Assembly: GCA_013265495.1 (NCBI GenBank)
Contig: MU057744.1
Location: 3,113,370 to 3,177,369 of the forward strand
DNA from: Vicugna vicugna
Lineage: Eukaryota
Length of the DNA: 64,000 nucleotides
Direction: 5' to 3'
Shown here: piece after piece, positions 12,643 through 25,612 of the stretch
Position numbering within the stretch: the stretch's first letter is position 1
How the letters are laid out: every line of letters begins with the position of its first letter
Notes under the pieces: model-generated
What the model was told of the DNA's origin: nothing
Seen by the model: only the letters and a program-made list of their open reading frames with translations
Databases searched by the model: none
Program-made: the position numbers and the translations under genes

Positions 12643-14749
12643 TAACCTCCTATGCAGAGTCCCCTGGTTGCTTGATTTTGCCTGCTCTGGACACGGTCAT
12701 CTCAGTGGCTCATCAGACTCCAGGGAGGTAAGTAGCTCTCTGCTCCAGGGCCAAGAAGAGTTACTTTTTGTGAGAATGATAAAGGGTTGTGTCAAAAATT
12801 TTGAATCTATGACGTGGCATTTGAAATATCAGCATTGCATTGCTATACACAGCACTGTAGCTGAGGTGGAGCTCTGACGGTGACTTCCACTGTGCTCCTC
12901 ACAGAGCAGATGACACCCTGTGGATGAGAGGACCACTGTGGAGGGTCCACTGGAGGGACCTTTGCGTCTGGACTGAATGGTTTATGACGGTCCCTGCTAT
13001 GTCCCCACACGGATGCAGTTTCATGACAGTATCCCTGAGCACACTGCTTATCTTGTGTCTGATAGTCTCTGTCTGCAATGGTTAAGTCTGTCTGTCTGTC
13101 TGAATCGCCCGTGTTCCTGAGGAGTCTGGCGTAGCTGCAGGGCTCTCCAAGAGGTGCCTGCAGCGAAGAGCTTAAGGCAGGACGTCCTTGTTTGCTCTGG
13201 CCTTAGTGCATGTCTGTTGCGGCAGCAGCATGGAGTTAAGGGCACATTGTGGGTGCGTGGCCCTTACTTGCAGTCTGTGAACGGAGTACACGTATGAATA
13301 GATGAGTAAGGACACCTTTTAGTTAATTACAGGGAATGTGGAGCCTCAGAAGAACCTTGCAGCCCAGAGAGGGGCTGTGGGGGGAAGAAAGGCTGAGCGA
13401 GGCCAGAGGGTGTCGACACGGAGGGGCCCAGCCTTCCTGGTGTAGGGGGTTGTTTTCAAGTCACTTTTACATTAAAATGTAATATATGCCCGGTTTTTTT
13501 TTAATCTTGGAAATTAAGAATGTTAGATTAAAAACATCACACATTCCCATCATTTACAAGGCAGCACATCATCATGTAGCTGTAATATAGTATTTCCTTC
13601 CTCTCTTGCACAAGGTGCTGTTGTTTTTGTCATTCCTCTGAGGTCAGTTGATGGTTTTAACTTCAGGCTGTGGATGAGGAAACCAACTGAATCAAGTTAA
13701 CTGCCTGGAGTCCAGATTAGCTATTGCTGAGACCAAGCATGGACATTTCCTGAGCCCTGAAGTGAAGAGTGAAAAATGAAAAGGAGAGGAGAGGAGGGGA
13801 GGGGAGGAAACTTTATTCTTCAAACAAGCAAATTCTAGGCATAGAGAAAAATTTACTTTCATTATTATTTATTTTAATTTTTAAAAACATATCTGCCTTT
13901 GGTGTTTCACACCGAGTTAATATGTTACTAATTTTTCGTCATCTAATCCGTTCCAAACTCTAGCTGTTTCATTACCAAGGAGAAATCCTGGCCTGCAGAA
14001 TTGCTAGTGGGCCTTTAAACTGTGTCTCTGACGTCTGATGGAAGCACCCAGACAGCAGCCTGTATAAGAACCTATGCTTCGGGTACACTTTTTCCTTTAA
14101 AATTGGATCCTTGAAACCCTGTAAACACTGTAATTTGATCACACCCTGTAACCCTGTTTTGACCAGAAATACAAAATACTTCTTCCTGGCTTTCACGTTC
14201 ATATCATGACTTAACTTCAGAGACAGAGGAAAGAGAGAGAGATTTTAAGGACTGCTATTCTAGGCCACCTGAGTTAGGGCTGCTGGAAGGTTATCTGAAG
14301 AAAAGAGTGCTTAGCATTTCCAAGCATCTGAACGGAGCCTCGTCTGGCTGAAGAACAGCATTTTAAAGATACGATATTGTTCATAAAATTAAGGCACTCA
14401 AGACTGGACCTTTTCCTTTGTTATGGACTTTTTTAACTTTTCAAGAATACAGGAAACTGTTGGGTTAGACACTTCTTTAAATTACGACTCTGCGGGGAGA
14501 ATGACAGCGGCGACTTCTAAGTCAGGTGTGCTTGTCCATGAGAGCCGCTCGCTGAAAGGAGTATCTACTCGCTTTCACCTAGTCCAACACATGCCGTTAA
14601 AATCCCTTTCTCTGAATAGTTGGTATCATCATTTCGCTAAAATACATTTTTCTAAGGACCATTTCCGTTTCATGACACAGCCTTGGAGTACCGGCCAAAG
14701 GTTGTTTCCAGTCAGCCCTTGGTACAAGGTCGTCTCTGAAGCCCAACAC

Positions 14750-15375
14750 GTAATAAAGAGACACCACTGAGAACACCGGTTTGCTTGCCGAAAATCAGAG
14801 AGACGTACCGACTGATCAATAGACAGACAGAGGTCGTACCCAGTCACGTTGAAGAAAGTGGGAAACAAAATTGCTAAATCTTTTGGAAAGTGACTAAAGT
14901 ACAAAAGGGATGAGCTTAGGACCTAGAAATTATGGTTTTAGAAAACATGACTACAAAAACTAATGCACACGTACACAGACATGGGGATATTACTGCTAAA
15001 TTGTTTGTGGTAGAGAAAAGGAAATGATCCTCATTCCAGAACAGTACAAGACGGACTGAGTTGTGGCACCCCCGTGTCAGGTCCTCCAGAGCACGCCTTA
15101 GCTCCACGTGGACGGGTCGGGACGTGTGCCGTGTGGTTTCCTGAGATGAGCACACACATGGTAGCGTAAGTGTCAGGGTAACAGCAAAGGAGCTGGGATC
15201 GTGCGTGCGGGTGGAAAGAGGACACATGCGGAAAGGTAAACGGCAAACTGCTGACCCTCAAGAGACGGAACCTGAGTGTGAGGAGGGGGAAGGCAAAGTA
15301 TGCATTTCTTCCCCTTCATGTAACTATTGTTTGGCTTATTAAATGAGCTTTATTACTTTGTAAGTTAGAAAAAAG
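14750..15375 (+). mobile_element. Ancient L1ME-like ORF2 end/3'UTR
   Basis: 'ggacctagaaattatggttttagaaaacat', 'gatattactgctaaattgtttgtggtag', terminal 'aatgagcttttattactttgtaagttagaaaaaa'. Confidence 0.5.
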
Positions 15376-16421
15376 GAAAAGCATCTTGTTCTGCATTATT
15401 ATACAGGAATGATCACTTAAAGCTGGAAAAACAAGGTAAACCTCAGGTGTTCAAAGTCATCAGTTTCTGTTATTTAACTGGCACTGCAGAAATACTAGCT
15501 AGTAACTGTAAAATACTATTTATTTTTTCTGATTTATAACAAATTAAAATACAGAAGAAAACAAAAATCACATCTAATTACAGAAAGGACCAACCAACAA
15601 GGGTTTATATTATTGGTGAAATTCCTTTCAGTCACTTTTCTGTGTACGTAGAGTGAAAAGTGAAATGACCAAGTTCAGGTAATACTCTTCACCCTGTTTG
15701 CTGTATCTAGTTGAATTTAGGCTCCAGCTTTTATCTCAACAGTATGAGATCAGGGTTGCTGAAATTGGCTTGACAAGTAGTCTTTTTCCGTGGATGGGGT
15801 AACGTTTTCTTCTGCCGTTAAGACTATCTGCCAAGATTGAAATAGCAGTACTTTTACTTAATTGTCTGTTGATACTGCCTTGAATTTCTAGAACTCTTGG
15901 TGTGATGAGACTTCGTAAGAATCTCAGTATCCACCCTGCAGACCTGAGGCTCAGGAGTTGTCAGGACTGAAAATTACTAGCTTGCGAGTCTCAGGCCAGC
16001 CCCGTCTCTGTGCATTAAGTGAGAGGTTCCACCCCTCGGTGAGTGGCTTCCTGGAGAGTACCCAAGAATCTGGGAGAGGCCTTGGCAGGAGATGGTCTGT
16101 AGTTTATCTCTCCCAAGTCCTGGTCTGCTCTCCTCATTCTTACTGAAATGCACATGCCCCTACCCAGCACAGCAACGCTGCAGGTGAGGGACGCAGTGAC
16201 CTGCATCCCCACTGCCGGTCCACTGACCCGGGACACCCAGCCGGACCTGTGTTGCCAGCCCCTGGCTGAGGTCTTGTCAGCTTACACGAACCAGCAAGTT
16301 GGCTACTGTCCTAATGACCAGTGCACAACCTGCGTGGAAGGTTTCTGAAACCGTGCTCCCATCTACCAGCCTGTGTATCCACTGGATATCATTCTGGGTT
16401 TGCAGAGTCTCCTTAGAAACT

Positions 16422-16901
16422 TGTCAACTGAAAAAAAAAAAAAAGCATAACCTACAAGATGAGGATTATGTTTTATTCAGCAGACATACTGAGGGCTTAA
16501 ACCTAGGAGGTAGCCTCTCGGATAGCTCTGAGGGACAGCTCCAGAGAAGTAAGGGAGGAGCCAGGATATATAGGACTTTTGCAAAAACAAAAACAAAAAC
16601 AAAAACAAAAACAAAAACAAAAAAAACCTAGTTAGTCAGAACATAAAAAGATGACTGTAAATTAAAGAAAACCAGACCTCTCAAGTTACTGAATTTAGCT
16701 CTTTTGTATATATGGGAAGATGCAAGCATCGGGGCTCACTGAAGTCAGTCCTCTGATGTGCACCCTGACTGTCTAGGGCCAGTGTCGACTTTTCTCCATC
16801 CTGAGTCCCCCTAGGGTGTGCTGTTGGGCAGCTACAGTGGCTGAGGGCTTGGTGGCTGCAGCATCCTTTGCTGATGTGACAGGTGACATTCTTCATGCAT
16901 A
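16422..16901 (-). mobile_element. Solo ERV1 LTR (cetartiodactyl MER41-like, name tentative)
   Basis: Starts TG on + strand, other end degenerate; minus-strand TATA (+ 'ggatatatagg' 16564-16574) upstream of AATAAA (+ 'tttatt' 16472-16477); matches a recalled ungulate LTR consensus along its length. Confidence 0.85.
16582..16626. repeat. (CAAAAA)n microsatellite inside the LTR
   Basis: Six perfect CAAAAA units plus a C and an A run. Confidence 0.95.
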
Positions 16902-17330
16902 AGGTGCAGTCAAGGGTGATAACAACACTCCTTGATTAAAAAAAAAAACAAAACTAAACTAAACACAATTCCTGAAGTGGGTGATTTTCTTTAGCTCCGG
17001 AGTACCCTTCTCATTTGCTGCCTCTTCCTTTCCAGAGTATTGTGCTCTTGAGAGACCCAGGGAGAGCCTCTCTGTCTTGGAGCACTTGGTCTCCACCAGG
17101 AGCTCTCATGCTGCTCTGACCAAGGCCCACTGATCAGAACAGCCAAACAATTTCTCAGAGTCTTTGTAGAGATTAGATGGTCCAGCTGAACCTCTACCCA
17201 TTCAAACCAGGTGTTACATTAATTTTATCATCTGGATGGAGTAAAATAAGAAGGTTGGACAGAGAAGGAAAATGGTAAATGGAAAAAGATAAAGTAGCAC
17301 CAAAATTTGTCTTAGATTTGTGGGTTCTCC

Positions 17331-18018
17331 TGTTGAAACTTAGGTCCAGCTGCTCGCCACTTGAAAGCCAACACTCGAGAGGCAAGTGGTAGTAGAAGGG
17401 AAAGTTTGTTATTCCAAACGCTGGCAACCAGGGGAGAAGACAGACTTGAGTCCAAAGACCCACTCCCCACTGCTGATCAGGGGGCAAGAGCTTTTAAAGG
17501 AGAGTCTCGGGAAGGCACAGACGGAGGGAGGGGCTCCATGCAGAACAGCACAGTCAGCGTGGACAGGCAGCCTGAACTTGGTCACGTGGTGTCTCATCAG
17601 CATCGTCTCAGCTGTTTTAAGTGCGGTTCATCTTCATTGCCAGGGTCAGTTTGTCCCCGTTTCTTTGAGGCCAGTTCTCGGAATGGTGGCAGCTTCTGTC
17701 AGGGCTACAGCCTGGTCATCACGTATTTAACGTCTTCTACCTGGTGGGGTTTCCTGTCTCTGCAGGACAGCTCAAAGGCCAGGGCTCAGAATATGATCTG
17801 TAGTCCCTGAGGAGGAACTGAAGGTCCTTGACTTTGTTTAGTGACTGAACTATTATGATTTTATTTTGCTTGACTGTTCCTCTTTGTTTCTGCATTTTCT
17901 TATTTCTCTGATTAACCTTATTCTTTGACTCAAGTTTTTCTACAGACAAGAGGCAGACTGAGGACATGGGACTGGGGGGTCCGTCCTGGGAAGCCCCACG
18001 GGGTCCTCCTCCATTTCA
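17331..18018 (-). mobile_element. Solo ERV1 LTR (cetartiodactyl family)
   Basis: TG...CA ends ('tgttgaaact' ... 'ccatttca'); 'ggtccagctgctcgccacttgaaagccaa' and 'gaggaggaactgaaggtccttgactttg' match recalled ungulate LTR; contains TTCTCGGAA at 17675-17683. Confidence 0.85.
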
Positions 18019-20798
18019 GTCTGCACAGAGCAGCAAGTGTCTGTCCCTCTGCCTGTAGCATGCAGGAAACTGTAGATGGGGCTGTGCTGGTGAGATGCAG
18101 GGGCCTGGGCAGCCCTGGGACGTGGCGAGCACTCAGCGTGTGTCTGTAGCTGCTCTTGCCGTTCCTTCTGTTACTGTGCAGGGTCAGAAATGGGAGGGGC
18201 CCGAGCTTCTGCGCCAGCTGTGCCAGCTGCTCCCTGGACAGCGTGGGGACCGTTGCTAGGTGGCCCCGACCCTCCTCTGCCAGTCGGGCACACAGGAAGC
18301 AGCACTTCCTCTCTCGGCCTCTTCCACCTGATGTCATGTTTGTTTCCCTTCCATTGTCGAAGGAATGAATGATTTTATTCACAGAGCTGTCACAAGTTTT
18401 CATTAGTGCTGTCTCTCCCTCTCTAGATGGGATGGCTGAAAATGGGAAGACGGGCTCTGGTGGGAACAGACCAGAATACAGTCTGAACGAGCAAAACTAT
18501 TCAGTGAATGCTGTTTTTGAATTAGAACTGGATTCAAACCAGACTTAGCAGAACATACACGTTTTTGGAACTATATTTATCCTATTCCCCTGAAACAGGC
18601 TGTCAGACTCAACTTTGTCAGAGCACTTGTTATTTTGGTCTTCAGATAAAGCAGGTTAAAACTTAAAGATACGTTGTGAAATTAAATAGGAGAATATTCT
18701 AGGTCCTTCCTAAGAGGTTAGGGTCTAATTTCAGCAGAATACTGGAAGTTAAAATAGTTAACTAAGCTTGCTTATTTCAAGGCTGTGAGCAGGTAGAATG
18801 TTGTCCACTTTGGAGGGCTACAGATGCATTTATCACCCACTGAGATGTTTCGCGTCTCCCTGGACATAGAATACGCACTTTCAAAATAATTAGAAAGTAG
18901 GCAAAAACGATTTTTTGAAAAAAATTCAAGGAACTGAGACAGCTCAAAGTATCATATTAAACATCCAAAATTGCTACCTCATTGAGTCTCTTCTCAGAGT
19001 CAGTCCTCCACAAACACCTGCCGTCTGACGGGAAGAAACTACTGCTTTAAAGGCAGACGTTCTCAAAATAGCCGACCTTTCTCTGTGTGCCTCCCGCGTC
19101 AGAGGCACACTGCGCTGGCCTGTGGAAAGCAGCCCCTCACCTGGCCTTCCGTAATTACTCTCCTGCCTCTGCTTCGTTTTCCTCATGGTCCAGCTAACTG
19201 CATAATTATAGCAGCGATCTCTGGAATCGCCAGTCATATTCCGATTGTGAAACCTTTGAACTGTGTTTGCTGGGGTTTGGAAGAACCTGTCACCTATACT
19301 CAGAGTTGAAGCTCACCCCCAAGTGAATGTCATGTGCAGTTAATTTGCACTAGAGTGAATTTGAAGCTAGGGTGAAGGCCAGTTCCCTTGCTGGTTTTCA
19401 GAATGAATTCTTTGCTGAGTCAAGAACTAGAGAAACTTCAGGGTGTTCAGTCTTATTTGTTGTTCTCCAGATCATTTAGTGAATAAGATATTTTTATTAG
19501 CAGACACATTAATGACTCAATAATGTTTATCTCTATGTGTCGTTAATGGTGAAACTTAATTTTTATTATTGAGAAATATATGTTTACTTACTTAAAATGG
19601 TGTGGAATCTCAATATGTAGGCATGTTGAGACCCTTAACTGTAAATTAGGCAAATGTGTTCGGGCTATTTATTAATTTTAATGATAAAATCTGTATGACA
19701 GATACTCATCGAGCAGCTATGCACAGGATGCTTGGTAAATTGCGATGAGAAGGCTGACAAGAGGCGCCGTGGAACTCGCTGGGCCACTGAGCATCTGCCC
19801 CTCGGCTCAGGGATTCGACAAGGAGTCTGTGGGGAAAGATGGAGTCGAGGCTGGCTGGAGATAGAGAGGCGGGGCAGAAAGGACCACGCCCGCCCACCGC
19901 CCTCCCCTGCCATCTCCTCTGGCAGGAACTGGAGCATGGGTTTCCTCTATAAGTTCCTGTTGTGGGGTTCCTGTTTACTGAGGAGACAGGTGCTGGCATC
20001 CGAAAGAAACAGGGCAAGAGCGGAAAGGGACAGGCAGCTTGGATTCAGGCGACCCTGCTCACTCCCCTCAGCCTGTGCCCTTGTGCGCAGCGTGTGGGGC
20101 CGTGACAAGACTCGCTTCAGCCACCTCCTCCCTCAGGACACACTACTCAGACCGGAGGGGCCCCTTTTGTGGGAGGTGGGGGAGAGCCCCTGGACCGCTA
20201 GGCCCAGCCTGCGACAATCACAGAGGGCTAGGCCCTCGAGGGGAGGGGGGTTGAGTAGCTGGCAGGGTGGCTCATGTTCCCCAGGACCACGGCTTTTCTT
20301 CTTTCCCCACCCTTTGCAGATTGGTGCTTAAAAAAAAGACATACAAGATACAAATCTAACTAAATTATTAATCAAGCATTTTCTCTACCTTTGTGTTTAT
20401 CTTGTCCACTAGTCCCCCCAGGGAAGACCCTCCACTTCTCACTCTCAGCCCCTCCTCATCCTCTCATCAGTGGATCTGACGTCCCCCTAGAAACTGCAAG
20501 GTCCTCCTGTTGAAAACCTAATGTCTTCTCAGGCCTCGTCCTCAGGTTCTCCTGTAGCACTTACTGCTCCTTCCAGGGTGCTCTGCCCTCGGGGCCGTCC
20601 TGCACAAGACACACTTCCCTCCCTCCTGTCCCTCTGCTAGAGCTTGGTGCCTTTTCTTTCCCTGGGTCAACCTCCTAGGAGAGGTGATTTTCTAAGAGAC
20701 TGGCCCAAATGCCAGGCTCTGTACACTTTACAGAAGGTGGATATCAGTGTCCAGAAAGGGGTTAGGAGATTTTCTTTAAGATTTGATTTCACCCTAGG

Positions 20799-21826
20799 AT
20801 CTTTGCAGACAATATATCTGATAAGGGGTTGAAATGCAAAGTATTTTTTAAAAACTCATGTAACTAAATGTCAAAAAACAAACAAACAAACAACGTGATG
20901 AAAAAATGGACAGGAGACCTGAAAAGACATTTTTCCAAAGAAGACATACAGATGGCCAAACAGGCACATGAAATGATGCACGGTGTCACTCGTCATCAGG
21001 AAAATGCAGATCAAAACCACAGTGAGGTGCCACCCCACATGTGTCAGAGTAGCCATTATCAAAAAGACAAGAAATAACAAATGTTGGTAAGGATGTAGAG
21101 AATAGGGAACCCTCGTACACTGTTGGTGGGAATGTAAGTTGGTGCAGCCACTAAGGAAAACAGTATGGAGGTTCCTTGAAAAATTAAAAATAGAACTACC
21201 ATGTAATCCAGCAACTCCACACCTGAGTATTTATCCAGAGAAAACAGAAACACTATTTTGGAAAGGTATATGCACTCCTGTGTTCATTGCAATAGCCAAA
21301 TGTGGAAGCAACTGAAGTGTGTATTAAAAGAGGAATGGATAAAGATCGGTGTATATTGCAATGAAATATTACTCAGCCATAAAAAAGAATGGAATCTTGC
21401 CATTTGTGACAACATGGATGAACATGGATGGACCTAGAGGGTATTATGCTAAGTGAAATAGAGGAAAATAATACCAGATGTTTTCACGTACATGTGGAGT
21501 CCAAAAAACAAAGCAAATGGATAAACAAAATAAAACAGAGACAGACACATAGGTACAGAGAACAAACAAGTGGTCTCGAGGGGAACAAGTGAAATAGTGA
21601 AAGGGATCAAGAGATTCAGACCTCCAACTGTAAGATAAACAAGCCACGGAGATGTAATTCACAGCACAGAGAGTACAGTCAGTTACACTGAAGCAGCCGT
21701 GTATGAGGACAGATGGTAACTAGACTTCTTGTGCTGATCGTTTCATAATGCATAAAAATGTCAAATCACCATATTGTACACCTGAGACTAACGTCATATT
21801 GCTTGTCAGTCATAACTCTGTTCATG
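20799..21826 (+). mobile_element. 5'-truncated LINE-1 (ORF2 C-terminus and 3'UTR)
   Basis: [19 protein letters not shown] in ORF 20868; 'tgttggtgggaatgtaagttggtgcagcca'; L1 3'UTR; exact TSD core AAGATTTGATT at 20778-20788 and 21827-21837. Confidence 0.95.
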
Positions 21827-22914
21827 AAGATTTGATTCTACTGCTGTATGAGAATTGAAGTAATCATAAGGCGGTGGTATGTGTATCCTTCCAGTGGTGT
21901 CTGGGAGGAGACAGTGGACTGGGCTGTCACTCTGTGGCTTCGCTGTGAAGGTGGACCGCGCTGACTCACCTGCTAGGAAAGGAAGGTCCTGTCACTAACC
22001 CGTGCAGCTGAGGGATGAGCAGCCTCTTGTGTCTTCTCTTTTCACACTTTGTGCCCTTTTGCCGTGACTAGAGCTCTGACAGCAGTGAGGAGTGGAACTA
22101 TATGTAGAAAGAGCTTTTTGTCCAAGTCGGTAGGTGTGTTTCTTCTGCAGTAAGGTGCCGTACCCCCTGACCACCTGTGTCCTCATCAGTTACATGAGCT
22201 GGTTGGGCACCACAATCTGTGAAGTCACTTTCGAGAAAATTCTGTAAGTTTCTTACGTGTCCTCAAATCACTGTGTGTGACCCACTGACTTTCCCTTTTC
22301 CGGGGTCCCAGCTGTATGTAAACCACATTGTCTTATTGTCTTCTAGTGCCTGTCTTCTGATTAGAAGCAAACTAAGTGAGTTCAGAAGTCCCACTGAGGT
22401 GCTGTAAGGTAAGACCTTTCTCTGAGTTGAGTTCTTTGCTTTAAAAGGAGGGCTGATGGCTTGACCTGTGAGAAGAGATTAAGGAATTTCTAAGTTGGGA
22501 GTTTTCAGTACAATTTATAATTGTTACTGTGTGCATCTTAATAGATGTGTGTGGTCGTGCTCAATTTTTAATGTCTTAATAAAGATTTTTTTTACTTATT
22601 TGCTCAGCGGATTCAAAATTACAATGGAGACTTTTGTTGAAATATGAAATAAGTTGTGTTTTTCAAGTACTTACTTTTTTAACTGTAGCAATATGAGGGT
22701 TTTTGAAATCGTTCAAAATGTTGAATTTTTCACAAATATAGGGCCTTATAGTTTGTCTAATTCATAGAAGCTTAAATGCTATCTTTTGATTGACATTGAT
22801 CACCTTATTCAGAATTCTGTACAAAATCTGGTTGTGAATATAAAGAAACAGCAACACTGTAGAAAAGCTCAGTCCTTTTCAGATGTTGTTAGTAACACTT
22901 TCTACTCAGCAGGC

Positions 22915-23845
22915 AGTGCAGATCATCTACCCAATACTCACCCTTCCTCTTCCTTTCTGAGAACGCTGACGTGTTGAAGGACAGTAGCACGTCCCAGACT
23001 CCTTTGCTGCAGTCATGTGGCCCAGCTCTGGCTAATGAGTTCTGAGTGATGGGCCCTGGGGAGGGCTTCCCTTCCCAAATTAAAAGAGTGGAGCTTCCAG
23101 AGGAGCCTTTTTTTGGAATATTTCCCTTTGTTGTTACCCCATCTTTCTACCTGGAAAGCAGTTCTAAAATTTGTAGCTACAGGGTTTCGACTCATGTAAC
23201 TGAGTGAGTGATGACCCACAGAGTTTGATGTCATTGAAAGAATTTATGACCTGCATTTCCTAAGAGAAGGGGGTGTCCGTGAAGGGCCCCCTGGGAAAGC
23301 ACCAGGCTTGGTCAGGAGATGAGGCAGAAATGAGGAGAGTGTCCAGGTCCAAGTGAACAGGGAGTTTCCTCGGAAAAGGTGCGTAAGGGCAGGGCAAACA
23401 GAGGAGGGCCAGTGGGCCCTGGGCTCCAGGGAGGGCCTGGGTGCCTGGTACCCACCCTGGGTTGATTTAGGGAAGTGCTGACTTGGCCTGTGAGAGTCAG
23501 ATAAGAATGTGATGGAACTACAGACTCAGAATTGTTTGGTTTACAGATGAAAGATGTGCTTCAGGCCAGACTCTTTGCTATTTCTAAGACTTGGCTAGCC
23601 TTTGGGGGGAAGTTTCTCCCTGGCCAGCCAACTTTTAAGATGTCAAAACATCATAAAATACAGAAAAGAAAAAAGATGATTAATACAAAGCACAGCTGCC
23701 ATCTTGCAATCACAAGGACAAAAGCCACAACCAGGGGTGTGGGAGCAGAAGGTGAGAGGAGCTCGACTGACACCCCTCCTTGTGCTCTGGCACCTCAGTG
23801 CCTCTGGTGCTCAGTGATAAGGCCTCACCTTGTCACTCCAGGGGC
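22915..23845 (+). mobile_element. MaLR LTR (MLT1-like), split by a MER74-like LTR
   Basis: Left part 'gtcatgtggcccagctctggctaatgag'; right part resumes at ~23690 'cagctgccatcttgcaatcacaagg...gagcagaagg'. Confidence 0.55.
23172..23687 (-). mobile_element. Solo ERVL LTR (MER74-like)
   Basis: Minus strand begins TGTATTAATCATCTTTTTTCTTTTCTGTATTTTATGATGTTTTGACATCTT, like recalled MER74; + strand TG...CA ends. Confidence 0.8.
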
Positions 23846-24619
23846 TGGCGCTGCTGCTGATCACCTCGGAGGGCTAGTCAGGGGTGTTGCCAGAACACCA
23901 GCCCTTTGAATGTCCTTCAGTGACCTAGAAATTCCACCAGATTTTCCATTTATAAAGCTAAGTGAACTGAGGTTATTCCATATTTCTTAAGAAAAGGGAA
24001 GAGAAAGGCCTAGTTTGGGGGAGTCAGGATGAATTGAAACTGCCTGTGAAAGCAGGGGAAGGAAAAACTAATTCCAAGCTGCTGCTTTTGTTTTTGCTCT
24101 TTTGAAAGAAAAGTTTAGGACTCGTGGTGTAAGTACGGCCACCAAAACCCAGCTTTTAAACTGCAGTCCTGATATTAAATACTCCTTCTAACAGTCTCCA
24201 TCATGTCGCTCATACTTACTAGGTTCAGGGAAAAAGCAAGTAAAAGATAAGTTACGTTATGAAATTCGTTTCCAAAGACAGTCATGCAAGATACTGAATA
24301 AGGTGCTGAGCCGAGTTGCAGGAGGAGGTGCTGGGTCCTGGAAAAGTCCCTCAGCTGGAAAATAGGAGATGGGGAATGCAGGTGACAGTCAGCTCTTTGG
24401 AGGCTTAAAAGGCTGTTTCACCTCTCAGAACCTTTGTTTTCTATTTGTAAATGGAAGAACTGTGATATTCTGATATTCTCTTAATGTAAAATAATAGCTT
24501 ACCTTGTGGTGTCTTCTTTGCTACTGCAGGGAAATTCTGTGTCTACTAAAGTCAACTTTTTTCTTTTTGGCCATTGAACCTTAGAGTTATCAGTTGCTTT
24601 CTTTTTCCTTTCCTTTCTT

Positions 24620-25330
24620 TCAAATGCATCCTGAAACTCTTCTCCTCTTTCTGTTACTGTCCTGCTCCAAGTCACCATCCGGTCTCACCTGGACCACTGT
24701 GTAAGCTTGCGGTGGCTGCTGCTCCTCTCCTGGTGGTGCTGGAGCCATTCTGTGTGCCTGAGCGGCGAGGCTGGGGCCCTGGCCCAGACCTTGTTACTCT
24801 CCTGTCTGGGACCTGCTCGCTGCCCTTCAGCTCCTTCCCCTGCATTGAGAGTGAGCCCCGGGCACACCGTGACGGGCACGTCCCTTACGAGTGGGGTCCC
24901 ACCTGTGCCTTTTCTCCTGCTTCCTCAGCTCTGGGGACCCTGCCTTTTACTCTGTCCCTTGTTCCCAGGGCCTCGGCATTGCATTCCCCTGGCTTGCAGG
25001 TCCCGTCCCTGGTCCTTCCCATCCAGGTCTCTGCTGCCAGGACATTCCCTGACCTCTCTCAGTGAGCACCCAAATCAAATTCCTTTTGAAAACAAGTTTT
25101 ATTTTTAAGGCATGTTAAAATACCCCCATATGGAAAAGTACTCACTTGCATAGCTTAAGGGATTTAGGTAAGATGTGAGGAGTTCTGACACATTTGTGTA
25201 TGGTTTGTGGTACGACTATGCTCCTTGAGGGCAGGGCCTGGTCTGTTCTCCTCGCCGCCAAACCGCAGTGCCGAGAAAGATGCCTGTTCTCAGCAAGAAA
25301 CTCAGTAAATATTTACTGGATGAATGGATG
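24620..25330 (+). mobile_element. L2 LINE 3' region
   Basis: 'ccaagtcaccatccggtctcacctggaccactg', 'gctccttgagggcagggcctggtctgtt', terminal 'ctcagtaaatatttactggatgaatggatg'. Confidence 0.7.
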
Positions 25331-25612
25331 TGGAGTCAGAAAAAGCCTTAGGTAAAATATCCCCAAAGAAACCAAGCGGTGCCTACGGATGCTCCAGCGG
25401 GTCTGCTGCTTTAGACCAGAAGGAAGGGGGAAACATAGAAGACAAGATTAAAAGACAAGTTCTGGGAAGGGGGACAGACAGTAGTGCGCACAGAAAACAG
25501 CCAAGCTGTCTGGAGGCGCCATGCCAGGCACTTGCACTCGCGGCGCTTCTGATCTGTGTTGATGGGGATGGAGCCCAGGTCTCTGGGTCTCACAGAGACA
25601 GGTTAATTAAGC

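Noticed and set aside
16422..18018. Provirus with paired LTRs
   Set aside because: The LTRs are unrelated and there is no PBS or gag/pol/env between them.
17930..20331. ORFs of 157 aa (17930-18403) and 199 aa (19732-20331)
   Set aside because: No recognisable domain; typical chance ORFs in GC-rich DNA.
22347..22408. Exon with strong AAG|gtaaga donor
   Set aside because: Stops in all three frames and no other support; a non-coding exon cannot be excluded.
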